Shown here piece by piece: positions 54,424-64,000 of a stretch of DNA of 64,000 nt. The stretch covers positions 128,001-192,000 of the forward strand of contig CAWEXO010000009.1 of the NCBI GenBank assembly GCA_963813025.1. Direction: 5' to 3'. The translations under genes were made by a program, and so were the position numbers. Below the pieces are notes generated by a model. It was not told the origin of the DNA and did no database searches. It worked only from the letters and a program-made list of their open reading frames with translations. The stretch is from an uncultured Verrucomicrobiae bacterium (GTDB lineage Bacteria; Verrucomicrobiota; Verrucomicrobiia; Chthoniobacterales; JAFAMB01). The first letter of the stretch is position 1. Each line of letters starts with the position of its first letter.

Positions 54424-54456
54424 AGAGATCATGGCAAGCGGCCAATGGACCGACGG

Positions 54457-54510
54457 GAGCCGGTCCCTACCGACGCACAGCTATCACAGTGTGTAGGGAC
54501 GAGCTCACCC
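54457..54510. repeat. Pair of short GTAGGG REP-like units
   Basis: GAGCCGGTCCCTAC and GTAGGGACGAGCTC are mutually inverted. Confidence 0.5.
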
Positions 54511-54566
54511 CGGCCCTAACTAACTAGACTAGTTAGTCCACAGCAAATGGTCAAACTCCCTGATAC

Positions 54567-54775
54567 TCACGGTCCCTCGAAAGTTGCCGCAAGGTATAAT
54601 GTCGGCCTAGTCGAATCGCTTTCCAGCAGCTCTTTGTTATCCCAGATGCCGTGAACACGGAAACCCTTCGAGCGGAGCAAGTACTCAAGCTCGCCGAGAA
54701 AGAACACGCGATAACAACAGTAAGCCTCGACGCCTCGACGATACTTTCTCCCTCGATTTCCCAGTCGATAGAGGA
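54567..54775 (-). pseudogene. C-terminal fragment of a probable SAM methyltransferase
   Basis: The minus strand reads YRVFFLGELEYLLRSKGFRVHGIWDNKEL...YLAATFEGP-stop. Confidence 0.4.
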
Positions 54776-54790
54776 CGTTGCGTGTACTTG

Positions 54791-54944
54791 GAGAGAGCTA
54801 AGAACCGCCGGTGAGATGATCGGCGATTTCGACATTTTGATCGCCGCTACCGCCCTGCATTTTCAAATTCCGCTGGTTACGCGGGATATTCGCCAATTTC
54901 GCCGGATCCGAAACCTTCGATTCGAAGAGTATCGAGCCGATTAA
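54791..54944 (+). pseudogene. vapC C-terminal fragment paralogous to 37716-38108
   Basis: ELRTAGEMIGDFDILIAATALHFQIPLVTRDIRQFRRIRNLRFEEYR versus ELRSAGQMIGDFDILIAATALHFQIPLVTRDVRHFRRIRNLRFKEYR. Confidence 0.85.
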
Positions 54945-55061
54945 CTTCTTGGTTTCGAACGACGTAGCATCGGCATCCTGCCGGTCCGAAAACCTGACAA
55001 GCTGGAAGTTTATTCCACCGTGCCGTGGCAATGCTCATCGACTTTGGCTATTGGTTATCGG

Positions 55062-56063
55062 CTATTTGATTTCCAGCCGGACCGGCTGCTGGTCTCGTGC
55101 CGACTCATAGGCCGCCAAGGCAACTCTTAAGGCCTCGTACCCGTCTTTCCAGGTGACCTGGGGTTTACGTTTCTGTCGAATGCTCGCAATAAATTCTTCA
55201 AGCATCGCGAGGTTCGGATCGGGACCGAAACCAACCCAGCAGGGGTTTCGAGAAGAGCGCTCCGAGTAGAGAGTCACGTATTGAGCAAAACTGTCCATCA
55301 CCGCCAAGCCGTTCTCTCCGACTACTTCCATCTTCAGGTGCCCCCAACGAGGATAGGAAGCCGGACGGCTCCAGCTGCAATCGATGCAGGCGTGGACGCC
55401 GTTGGAAAGAGTGAGCAACAAAAATCCCGCCGTATCAACGGCCAATTCTTCTCGCTGAAAAAGGTTATCTACTTCGGCGTAAACCTCGACTACCTCCGCG
55501 CCGAAATACCAGCGGAGCAGGTCGACCAGATGCACGGTGTGGTCCATTACCGCACCGCCACCAGCTAGTTCCCTGTCCGCAAACCAGGCTCGGTGGCGTG
55601 CTGGATTCTCGCTGTGATTAACCCCGTTCACACCGAGCACAGCCCCGAGCTCACCGCTCCGGATCATGCGACGGACGACTTGAGTCGAGGGCGCAAAACG
55701 CATCGGAAAAGCGGTCATGAAGTGCACTCCGCTCTGCCGGCAAGCCGCCAGCATCGAGCCCGCGTCGGAAAGATGGGTCGCGATCGGTTTTTCGCATAAG
55801 ACGTTGCTCTTGGCCTCAGCCGCCATTTGTACCAGCTCCCGATGACGCGCGCTCTCCGAACAGATCAAAACGCCCTCAAGTCCTTCTGCCAAAAGGTCAC
55901 GATGCCGCGGGAACCAGTGCAGCCCAGATTCCTCCGCGACTCGACGCCCGAGGTCTCGATTCTCTTCCGAAAATCCGACGAGCTCAGCCTCTGGAAGTGT
56001 TTTGATGAGAGCTGCGTAATGGTCGGCATGAACATGAGCGAAACTGAGAATGCCAAGGCGCAT
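55062..56063 (-). CDS. Gfo/Idh/MocA oxidoreductase
   Basis: GILSFAHVHA, LCEKPIA and GGGAVMDHTVH. Confidence 0.92.
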   Translation of the reverse strand: MRLGILSFAHVHADHYAALIKTLPEAELVGFSEENRDLGRRVAEESGLHWFPRHRDLLAEGLEGVLICSESARHRELVQMAAEAKSNVLCEKPIATHLSDAGSMLAACRQSGVHFMTAFPMRFAPSTQVVRRMIRSGELGAVLGVNGVNHSENPARHRAWFADRELAGGGAVMDHTVHLVDLLRWYFGAEVVEVYAEVDNLFQREELAVDTAGFLLLTLSNGVHACIDCSWSRPASYPRWGHLKMEVVGENGLAVMDSFAQYVTLYSERSSRNPCWVGFGPDPNLAMLEEFIASIRQKRKPQVTWKDGYEALRVALAAYESARDQQPVRLEIK

Positions 56064-56072
56064 AAATGAGGC

Positions 56073-57077
56073 TCAAACGGTTGCTGACCTGCCAGTAGAC
56101 AGCGATTCTTTCACCGCCAAGGCGATTCGCAGAGCCTGGAACGCGTCATCGGCTGTTAACTCAAAAGGTGATCCGGACTCGATAGCACTATACGCGTGGC
56201 GGATTTCCGCGGTGTAGGGATCTTCCGAAAGGTCGGACAGCGGCAAGCCCACGGATTCTGCTTCACCGGATCTTGATCTTGGCGGGAAAAACGTCTGAAC
56301 CGCCGGCGCCTGATCCGAATGCCACTCGACAAGGCCGCCTGATCCCGCGAGGTCTATCGCGGTACGAAAAACTCCTGGTGGGTTAGCCCACCCTCCCTCG
56401 ACGAGAGCCAAAGCACCGCTCTGGAAGCGCAGGATAGCTTGCACATACTGCGCCGGGCCAGTTGCGGATTGCCCTCTTCGGGCGTAGACCCGTTTTACCT
56501 CTCCGGCCAGCCAGCGGGCATAATCGAAATCGTGGATCATCAGATCGACGACCATGCCGCCCGAGCGGTTCTCATCAAGATACCAGTTGTCGTGAGGCGA
56601 TCCTGCTCCCGCGTCTGGGATCCGCGGCGGATAAGCCACGCGTTTAAGACGTACCACCCCTAGCTGGCCAAGTTGGCCGCCGGTGACGAGTTCTCTCGCT
56701 AAACGGTACTGCGGGAAGAACCGCACGACCATTCCGACAAAGAGGCGAACTCCAGCTTGCTCGCAGCCATGGATCATCGCGGCGGCGTCTTGGAGCGTGA
56801 CAGAGATCGGTTTTTCGCAAATCACGTGACGGTGGGCGTTGGCCGCCTCCAAAACCATCGATTTGTGCAGAAAAGTCGGTAGGCAAATATCCACGATATC
56901 GACGGAGTCCAAGAGCTTGGCCCGGTCGGTAAAGCCGCGGATATTGTGACGTTTGGCCAAGTCATCTCGCTGAGCAGCATGCAGCGACGTACAGCCTACC
57001 AGCTCGGCATCGGTGCTGCGCCAGGCGGTCGCATGGATTTCGCCCATCGTTCCCGTGCCGATAATGCCAACGCGCAT
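56073..57077 (-). CDS. Gfo/Idh/MocA oxidoreductase
   Basis: GIIGTGTMG, ICEKPI and SGGMVVDLMIHD. Confidence 0.92.
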   Translation of the reverse strand: MRVGIIGTGTMGEIHATAWRSTDAELVGCTSLHAAQRDDLAKRHNIRGFTDRAKLLDSVDIVDICLPTFLHKSMVLEAANAHRHVICEKPISVTLQDAAAMIHGCEQAGVRLFVGMVVRFFPQYRLARELVTGGQLGQLGVVRLKRVAYPPRIPDAGAGSPHDNWYLDENRSGGMVVDLMIHDFDYARWLAGEVKRVYARRGQSATGPAQYVQAILRFQSGALALVEGGWANPPGVFRTAIDLAGSGGLVEWHSDQAPAVQTFFPPRSRSGEAESVGLPLSDLSEDPYTAEIRHAYSAIESGSPFELTADDAFQALRIALAVKESLSTGRSATV

Positions 57078-57096
57078 AGATTGGAAAACGGCAGGT

Positions 57097-57933
57097 TTAT
57101 TTCAGCGCTCCCGCCGTGATACCCCGAATGAGTTGTCGCGAGAAGATGAGGTACAGGAGCACCGGAGGCAGGATCGCGAGTGTCAGTGCCGCTAATACTG
57201 AGGTGTAGTCGTTCGCAAACTCGCCCAGGAACGTCTGCGCGCCCAGGACCAATGTCTTGGTCGATTCCCCCGGTGCCAGGATCAAGGGGAACCACAGATC
57301 GTTCCAAATAGGTATCATTGATATCGCTAAGACTGACCCGAGCGCCGGCCGAACTAAGGGGAGGATCAGCCAGTAAATGCGATATTCGCTCGCGCCATCA
57401 ATGCGAGCCGCGTCTTTGAGATCTCGCGGCAACTGTCTCATGAAGATCGTCAAAATGAATACTGCCAGCGGAATACCCTGGGCCGTGTAAACCAGAATCA
57501 GCGACCAGAGTGTATTAGCCAGGTGGAGACCGACGATCAGCCGTAAGATGCCAATGGTGCCGAGCCGGATGGGCACCATGATTCCGATCGCCAGGTAAAG
57601 GCCGGTTAAAGTATTCAGCCGGAACCTGTACTCCGCCAAAGCAAAACCGGCGAGTGAACTTACCCACAGGATGAGCACGAGAGCACCAACGGTTACCACA
57701 AAGCTGTTGAAGAAATATAGATCAAAGCGGCTACCCGCGAAAAGGTTCTGGTATCCGTCCAATGTAAAAGTCTGAGCGTTGGGCAAGCTATAAGGTGCAC
57801 TAAATATAGCGAGGCGGTCTTTGAACGAGTTAACGAAGGTGAGCAGAATCGGGAAGAGAGCCAGGGCCGAGTAACTTAAGAGGACGAGGTGGATGGCACC
57901 GACACGGAAAGCCTTTAGGCCGAACTTTGCCAT
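57097..57933 (-). CDS. Carbohydrate ABC permease
   Basis: LKDAARIDGASE; WNDLWFPL. Confidence 0.93.
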   Translation of the reverse strand: MAKFGLKAFRVGAIHLVLLSYSALALFPILLTFVNSFKDRLAIFSAPYSLPNAQTFTLDGYQNLFAGSRFDLYFFNSFVVTVGALVLILWVSSLAGFALAEYRFRLNTLTGLYLAIGIMVPIRLGTIGILRLIVGLHLANTLWSLILVYTAQGIPLAVFILTIFMRQLPRDLKDAARIDGASEYRIYWLILPLVRPALGSVLAISMIPIWNDLWFPLILAPGESTKTLVLGAQTFLGEFANDYTSVLAALTLAILPPVLLYLIFSRQLIRGITAGALK

Positions 57934-57938
57934 TGCTT

Positions 57939-58886
57939 CTAATATTGGACCTGCTGCAGCCGACGTTGCCAGCCCAGAAGGTAGACCAAGACCCCCGCCA
58001 GAATGATGAGAAGCATTACTCCGGCCACGGCGGCGCCCATAAAAGGATCGGCTGGTTGCAACTGATAGCCAAAGAAGGTCCGGAAAAAGAGTGTGCCCAG
58101 GATATCAGAGGCAAAGTTTGGTCCCGCGATTGCACCCTGCGTGGCGTAGATCAACTCAAATGCATTGAAGTTGCCAACAAAGGTGAGCACTGCGACCAAC
58201 CCCACGGTTGGCAGGATCAGAGGAAACTGAACACTCCAGAAAATCTTCCATGCGCCGGCTCCATCTACCTTGGCGGCTTCGAGTAACTCTTCCGGGATAC
58301 GGATGAGGGCAGCTAAAAACAGGATCATCGGAATACCGACGTTCTGCCAGACAGAGATGAGAGAGAGGGTGGTGAGGGCGGTGGATTCGAGACCCAGCCA
58401 GGGCCTGTCTAAACTGGCTAATCCGACAATGTTGAGGACCGTCCGCGAGATGCCCCAAGCCGGATTCAGGATCAGCTTCCAGATAAATCCAATGATGACT
58501 ACCGACAGGATCGTTGGCGTAAAGATGATGGTGCGATAGATCCAGGTGCCTCGGACACGGCTTGCCAATAACGCTGCCAAGAGCAAACCAACGGGGTTCT
58601 GCACCAGCATGTGAATGAAGAAAAATAAGGCGTTGTTGCGCAGCGCGTTCCACAGCGGTTTCAGCCACTCCTCATGGCTAAACAAGATTTGATAATTTCG
58701 TAGGCCAACGAAGATCTGCGTTGATTGAGCGTTCTGGTTGTTCAGCGATAACCAGAGCGAATCAAAGATTGGGTAGATCATGAAGACGGTGTAGATCAAC
58801 ACCGCCGGCATCAGGAAAACCAGGAGGTGAACGGGAAAGGAACGGCGTCTCCTCATGGCAGATTGAGCGCTGAAGGCGCGCCTCAT
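57939..58886 (-). CDS. Carbohydrate ABC permease
   Basis: LLEAAKVDGA; multiple TM segments. Confidence 0.93.
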   Translation of the reverse strand: MRRAFSAQSAMRRRRSFPVHLLVFLMPAVLIYTVFMIYPIFDSLWLSLNNQNAQSTQIFVGLRNYQILFSHEEWLKPLWNALRNNALFFFIHMLVQNPVGLLLAALLASRVRGTWIYRTIIFTPTILSVVIIGFIWKLILNPAWGISRTVLNIVGLASLDRPWLGLESTALTTLSLISVWQNVGIPMILFLAALIRIPEELLEAAKVDGAGAWKIFWSVQFPLILPTVGLVAVLTFVGNFNAFELIYATQGAIAGPNFASDILGTLFFRTFFGYQLQPADPFMGAAVAGVMLLIILAGVLVYLLGWQRRLQQVQY

Positions 58887-58926
58887 GAAAGCTGCGCGAC
58901 CAGTGAGAACGATATTCCCGGCCTCG

Positions 58927-60198
58927 CTAGAAATTTTTTATCGGTTTGAACCAGGAAGTCAGGTCCTTCTGAACAAAATCGGCCGCTTGTTGCGGAGTCA
59001 TGGTGCCGTTCAACACTTGGGCGCAGGCATTCCAGAGGTCGTTTTCATTATTCGGATTCGCGTTCCGGGAGAGGATTTGATAAGAAGATCGGAAGGTCGT
59101 TGGCCACTTCGTTCGCCAGCTCAGGAATTCCTGGGCAACCGGATCGTTTAGCGTATATTTCACGTTGCCTAACGGAAAAAATCCGGGCAGCGCGTTCGCA
59201 TACAGCTGAGCAAACTCGTCTGAAGCGACCCAGGCGAGAAACGTCCGTGCGGCTTCCTTGTTCTTGCTCGCAGCGTTAAGTCCCAGAGCGATGTCGGGAT
59301 GATCATTAATCACCGGTGTGCTTTTCCCCTCAAACGTGTAGGGCGGGAAAGCGCCGAGATCTAACTTCGGATTCATTTGGCGAAAAACGCTTATGTCCCA
59401 TGAGCCGGCCGGGTAGATCGCTCCGCGCTCCTGGGCAAAGAGATTCTGGGAGTCAGGATAAGCCAGCGCCTGGTAGCCTGGAGGCAGATAAGGCCGCCAT
59501 TTCGCCAAGGCTTCGAACGCGGCCAGGAAACCACCTTCATTGTATTGCGCGGTGCCGCGGATCAGGCCTTTCCGGCCATTTTCGCCATCCCACAACGTGG
59601 GACCGATGTTCTGATATCCCATCGTCGCCGACTCCCATTGATCCTTCGTGCCGAGAACCAACGGGATGTACTTGCCATTGGCCTTCAATTTTTCGAGCAC
59701 CGCGAGAAACTCTTGCTCGATGTGCGGGACACTGAGGCCCAATTCTTTGAAGATGGCTTTGTTATAGAAAAAGCCGTGAATGACCGAAGCCATTGGCACG
59801 GCAAAAGTGGTTTTGCCATCATCTGTGGACCACGCCGCCTTCGCAAGTTCGGAGAAATGATCCATTCCCGGCAGGTCATTGAGCGGGACCAGTTCGCCGG
59901 CTTTATAGATGTCCAACGACTTGTCGAACGGTCGACACGTGATCAGATCTCCCGCGGTTCCCGCTTTGAGCTTGGCGTCCAATACGGCGTTGTACTCGGT
60001 CGGCGCGGTAGGCGAGAACACAACCTCAATCTCTGGATGCTTCTTCGCGAATGCCGGCAAAATGGTATCACGCCAGATCTTGAGATCGTCATTACGCCAG
60101 CTTTCCATGATGAGCTTAACCCTGCTCTGCGCCCAAGTCTGATCAGCGCAGATCAGAGCGATCAAACTGAAAACAAACAGCCCGAATTTTTTGAGCAT
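58927..60198 (-). CDS. Carbohydrate ABC substrate-binding protein
   Basis: Signal peptide; ESWRNDD, AGDLITCRPFD and VPMASVIHGFFYN. Confidence 0.92.
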   Translation of the reverse strand: MLKKFGLFVFSLIALICADQTWAQSRVKLIMESWRNDDLKIWRDTILPAFAKKHPEIEVVFSPTAPTEYNAVLDAKLKAGTAGDLITCRPFDKSLDIYKAGELVPLNDLPGMDHFSELAKAAWSTDDGKTTFAVPMASVIHGFFYNKAIFKELGLSVPHIEQEFLAVLEKLKANGKYIPLVLGTKDQWESATMGYQNIGPTLWDGENGRKGLIRGTAQYNEGGFLAAFEALAKWRPYLPPGYQALAYPDSQNLFAQERGAIYPAGSWDISVFRQMNPKLDLGAFPPYTFEGKSTPVINDHPDIALGLNAASKNKEAARTFLAWVASDEFAQLYANALPGFFPLGNVKYTLNDPVAQEFLSWRTKWPTTFRSSYQILSRNANPNNENDLWNACAQVLNGTMTPQQAADFVQKDLTSWFKPIKNF

Positions 60199-60920
60199 AA
60201 GGTCCCCATTATTAGAAACCGCTCATCCGGAATCAATCAAAACCAGTGGCGCCGAGGATAAGCTTGCAACATGTCCGGTTTCACGGCCGGCAATGCCGAT
60301 GCGACAATGCACGAAACGAGCCGGTAGGCACAGGTTTAGAACCTGTCTTTGACCGGCGGACACGTCAGATAAATTCGGAGCGCATCTTTGTCCGCCAAGC
60401 TGTCAGCCCGCGGGCAGCCACGGTCAGTTCGAGGACAATAATTCAGTCATCGCGAAACCTGAGTCCAGCAATTCCGCCGGGTAATTCCACCCGGAGGTCG
60501 TATCAGATTGGTCCGGGGACTCCGCAGAGGCCGCGGCCGGTGATGATGGGTCATGCTTCTGAGACGGATGTTGAGGTGTGTCCATAGGTCATTTTTTGTT
60601 GAGGGTTAAGTATTAGATTAGCGCTCCGAAGAGGGAGCAAGGGTCGGTCGAGCGAGTTCCGTCCGAGTTTGACCGGCGGTCAGACTACTCGGGCGAGACC
60701 AGCGAGGAAGGCCCCAGTAGCAATGGATACAGCTACCGGAGTGATAGATGATACTTCGGCGACAATCGAGAGATGGCGCGGTCGAAGCAACATAACGAGC
60801 GCCAGACTAAGTGGGCAATTCCTGGAAGTCAAGCAGCCGATCAAGCAAAATACAGATGGGCATTTGCCTTCCTGCGTTCGACTTTTTCAACTTACACGCT
60901 ATCTATTTGCCAACGAAGTC

Positions 60921-61760
60921 ATGGGCAAAGCTCTTTTGTTTCTTCTGATATCGATGTTCGAGATCGGGTCGGCTTGGGCCCAGCGCTCAGTGGAAATTGA
61001 TCTGACCAACCAGGAAATTTACCTGATGGAGGGCCGTCGGGTGATTCTGCAGTCGCCAATCTGTTCAGGTCGCGCGGGTCACGAAACACCGACCGGGTAT
61101 TTTAAGGTAACGCAAAAAGACTTAAATCACGCCTCAAGCGTTTACGGTTTCTTTGGCAACCCAGTGACCAAGCAGATCGTGGTGCCAGACGCTGACATTT
61201 ATATGAAAGTTCCTCGCGGCTTGGAATTTGTGAAAGCTCCGATGCGTTACTATACCCAGTTTGCGCATGCGATCGGCTTGCATGCCGGATTCCTTCCGGG
61301 CATCCCCTCGTCTCATGGCTGTGTGCGTTTACCGGAGGAATATGCGGTCGCCTTTTTTGAGCAGGCGCCAATCGGCACGCCCGTGCACGTCTTTGGTCAT
61401 CCCCAAGGCGGCCGGCAATATTGGGCGTCGGCGCGAACCACTCCGATCGTCGGCGCGCCGTCGGTCGCGCGATTTGGTTGGACCGCCGCTGATCGAGCTT
61501 TCGCCGCCCGGGGCGGCGATAATCGCGACTTCCGGCGCAGCCGCGACTTGGCTTTCGATCAATTCGACTCCGAGTGGGATCAGCGAGAAAAAGCAGTCAA
61601 ACGACAAATCGCGGAGCTGAAGTCGTTGCGTGATTATGCGCAGGGATATCAACGGGAGGACCTAAAATCCCGGATCAAATCCCTGGAGGACTACAAAGAC
61701 GAACTCGAATCCCGGCGGGACGCCGCGAAAGAAGCGTTGAAAGAGCAGTGGGGCGATTAA
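60921..61760 (+). CDS. L,D-transpeptidase (YkuD domain) with C-terminal coiled coil
   Basis: Signal peptide; EIDLTNQ, SGRAGHETPTG and IGLHAG...SHGCVRL, followed by a charged heptad-rich tail. Confidence 0.88.
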   Translation: MGKALLFLLISMFEIGSAWAQRSVEIDLTNQEIYLMEGRRVILQSPICSGRAGHETPTGYFKVTQKDLNHASSVYGFFGNPVTKQIVVPDADIYMKVPRGLEFVKAPMRYYTQFAHAIGLHAGFLPGIPSSHGCVRLPEEYAVAFFEQAPIGTPVHVFGHPQGGRQYWASARTTPIVGAPSVARFGWTAADRAFAARGGDNRDFRRSRDLAFDQFDSEWDQREKAVKRQIAELKSLRDYAQGYQREDLKSRIKSLEDYKDELESRRDAAKEALKEQWGD

Positions 61761-61933
61761 GAGCGGCAGAGAGGCCGATTCCAAGGACACCTTGTACCAC
61801 TTTTCCTTCAAGATGCCGATGCCTCGGCGGAAAAGTGGACAGGCCCTTTGCCGCCGGCCCGCGATGAAGCCTACCTCCCAACGAGGCGCCGATTACACTC
61901 GTCACGGCGGGCTTGCGCGTTAGAATATTTCCC

Positions 61934-63672
61934 GTGAACCGCGAACTTCCAGCATCCCCCCTCCGCAGCCAGCAATGGTTCGGGAGAACCGATAAAATGG
62001 GCTTCATCTATCGAGCCTGGATGAAAAACCAGGGCATGCCGCAACACGTATTCGACGGACGGCCGGTCATCGGCATCTGCAATACCTGGTCCGAACTCAC
62101 TCCCTGCAACGCGCATTTTCGCGAGCTGGCCGAGTACGTGAAGCGCGGCGTGTAGGAAGGCGGGCGGTTTTCCGGTCGAATTTCCGGTGATGTCGCTCGG
62201 CGAAACGAATCTTCGTCCCACTGCGATGATGTTTCGCAACCTCGCTTCGATGGACGTTGAGGAATCGATCCGCGGCAACCCGATCGATGGAGTCGTTCTG
62301 CTTGTGCGGCTGCGACAAGACCACTCCGTCGCTGCTGATGGGCGCGGCGAGCTGCAATTTGCCGGCCTTGGTGGTCTCGGGCGGCCCGATGCTCAATGGC
62401 TATTATCGACGGCAAGAACATCGGCTCCGGCACCGGCGTCTGGCAAATGTCCGAGGAAGTGCAGGCGGGGAAGATAACTCCGCAGGAGAATTCATCGAGG
62501 CCGAATCCTGCATGAATCGTTCCCGCGGGCACTGCATGACGATGGGAACGGCGTCGACAATGGCTTCGATGGTCGAAGCCCTCGGCATGGGCCTGCCGCA
62601 AAACGCCGCTATTCCGGCGGTGGATTCTCGCCGGCAAGTGCTGGCGCATATGGCCGGCCGGCGATCGTCGAGATGGTCCGCGAAGACCTGACGATGGACA
62701 AGATTCTGACCCGGGAAGCGTTCGAAAATGCGATCCGAGCCAACGCGGCGATTGGCGGCTCGACCAATGCCGTGGTGCATTTGGTCGCTCTGGCTGGGCG
62801 GATTGGTGTTCCGCTTTCCTTGTAGGATTGGGAGCTGGGGACCGAAATCGCCTTGCCTGGTCAATCTGCAGCCGTCGGGCGAATTCCTGATGGAGGATTT
62901 CTACTATGCTGGCGGGTTGCCGGTCGCGCTGCGTGAACTCGGTCATGCCGGTTTGCTGCCATCGTGAAGCGCTGACCGTCAACGGCAAGACGATCTGGCA
63001 GAACGTCTTGGCAGCGGAGTGTTATGATCGGCAGGTCATTCCGACGTTCGACGAGCCCTTTAAGGCCCATGCTGGCATTGCGGTATTGCGCGGCAATCTC
63101 GCTCCCGACGGAGCTGTGCATCAAACCGTCCGCTGCGACGCCGGCTCTGCTGAAGCATCGTGGGGCCGCCGTCGTGTTTGAGAACATCGAGGAATTCCAC
63201 AACCGGATCGGCGATGAAGATCTCGGCGATCGATGAGAATTCGGTCATGGTTCTGAAAGGCGCAGGCCCAAAAGGGTATCCGGGTTTTGCCGAGGTTGGC
63301 AACATGCCTCTTCCGCCGAAGCTCCTCCGCAAGGGCATAACGGACATGGTGCGAATTTCTGATGGGCGAATGAGCGGGACGGCGTACGGCACAGTGGTGC
63401 TGCACGTGTCGCCGGAAGCCGCCGCGGGTGGCCCGCTCGCTCTAGTCCAGACCGGCGATATCATCGAGTTGGATGTCAAACAGCGACATTTACACCTGAG
63501 TGTTTCTGATCGCGAACTCGCTCAGCGCAGAAAAGAGTGGCGACCACCGGAAAAGCCGGCTCGTGGCTATTACCGGCTATTTCACGACCATGTCCTCCAG
63601 GCGGACAAAGGAGTCGATTTGGATTTCCTCGTAGGGAAGACTGGAGCCGCCGTGCCGCGCGACAACCACTGA
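61934..63672 (+). pseudogene. IlvD/Edd-family dehydratase (L-arabonate dehydratase-like) with multiple frameshifts
   Basis: [42 protein letters not shown] and DGRMSGTAYGTVVLHVSPE are spread over several frames. Confidence 0.88.
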
Positions 63673-63873
63673 GCAGCTGATCAGCTGCTCAGGTAACAGT
63701 CAATTGAGCGGAGGAAGCGGAGGGAGCGGCTTCAGCGGAGGGATGTAGCCGGCCAGCTCAGAAGTCGGGTAGCGGGCAGTCCAAGGGCTCTGCGGACAAT
63801 GTCTGATCAACTAGCTAATTTGCGGTCCTTAGCCCGTTATGCGAAGCATGACGCGAATTTTGTTCTCGTTGTT

Positions 63874-64000
63874 TCAGGCAGCTTTAAGGCCAAGAGCACC
63901 AAGAAGGTTGTCGAGATCGTCTACGATCTTTTGATAAAGACGATCGAGCTGGGTTCGTTTGTGCTGTTGGAGTTTGGAGTCGGCCCGGTAGGGCTGAAGT
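63874..64000 (-). CDS. C-terminal end of a gene running off the window, possibly a transposase
   Basis: The minus frame reads LQPYRADSKLQQHKRTQLDRLYQKIVDDLDNLLGALGLKAA-stop. The AA-stop ending resembles many IS proteins, but the family cannot be determined. Confidence 0.4.
   Translation of the reverse strand, partial: LQPYRADSKLQQHKRTQLDRLYQKIVDDLDNLLGALGLKAA

Noticed and set aside
59545..60261. 238-aa plus-strand ORF
   Set aside because: Antisense shadow of the ABC substrate-binding protein.
62008..62988. 326-aa minus-strand ORF
   Set aside because: Shadow of the frameshifted IlvD/Edd gene on the plus strand.
63799..64000. Plus-strand ORF MSDQLANLRS... at the window end
   Set aside because: It overlaps a minus-strand frame that looks more like a natural C-terminus. 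This cannot be resolved without the next window.

Overview
A GC-rich bacterial chromosomal window. The rRNA sequences and gene repertoire suggest a Verrucomicrobia (probably Spartobacteria/Chthoniobacterales-like) organism; this is an inference and no database search was run. Positions 1-10.5 kb hold housekeeping genes (tilS, a ketose 3-epimerase-like gene, an AsmA-like gene, nfo, xylB, ubiX), an intact IS630 and an uncharacterised gene pair behind a sigma54-type promoter. Positions 11-17 kb hold a complete rrn operon (16S, tRNA-Ala, tRNA-Ile, 23S, 5S). Positions 17-64 kb are an accessory carbohydrate-uptake and catabolism region with five sugar ABC systems, a GH4 melA operon with visible LacI-type operators, a GntR-linked dehydrogenase/lactonase/dehydratase cluster, a VapBC pair, an ERCC4/XPF-like nuclease, an L,D-transpeptidase and many gene fragments. 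The main non-genic signals are (i) a dispersed family of GTAG-capped long palindromes (REPIN/MITE-like) with nested mini-hairpins and IS-like outer termini, and (ii) an IS110 element whose 5' non-coding region has bridge-RNA-like architecture with candidate guides matching its own ends. The IS110 lies back-to-back with one palindrome and an internally deleted IS630. Several single-base frameshifts may be sequencing errors rather than true pseudogenes.
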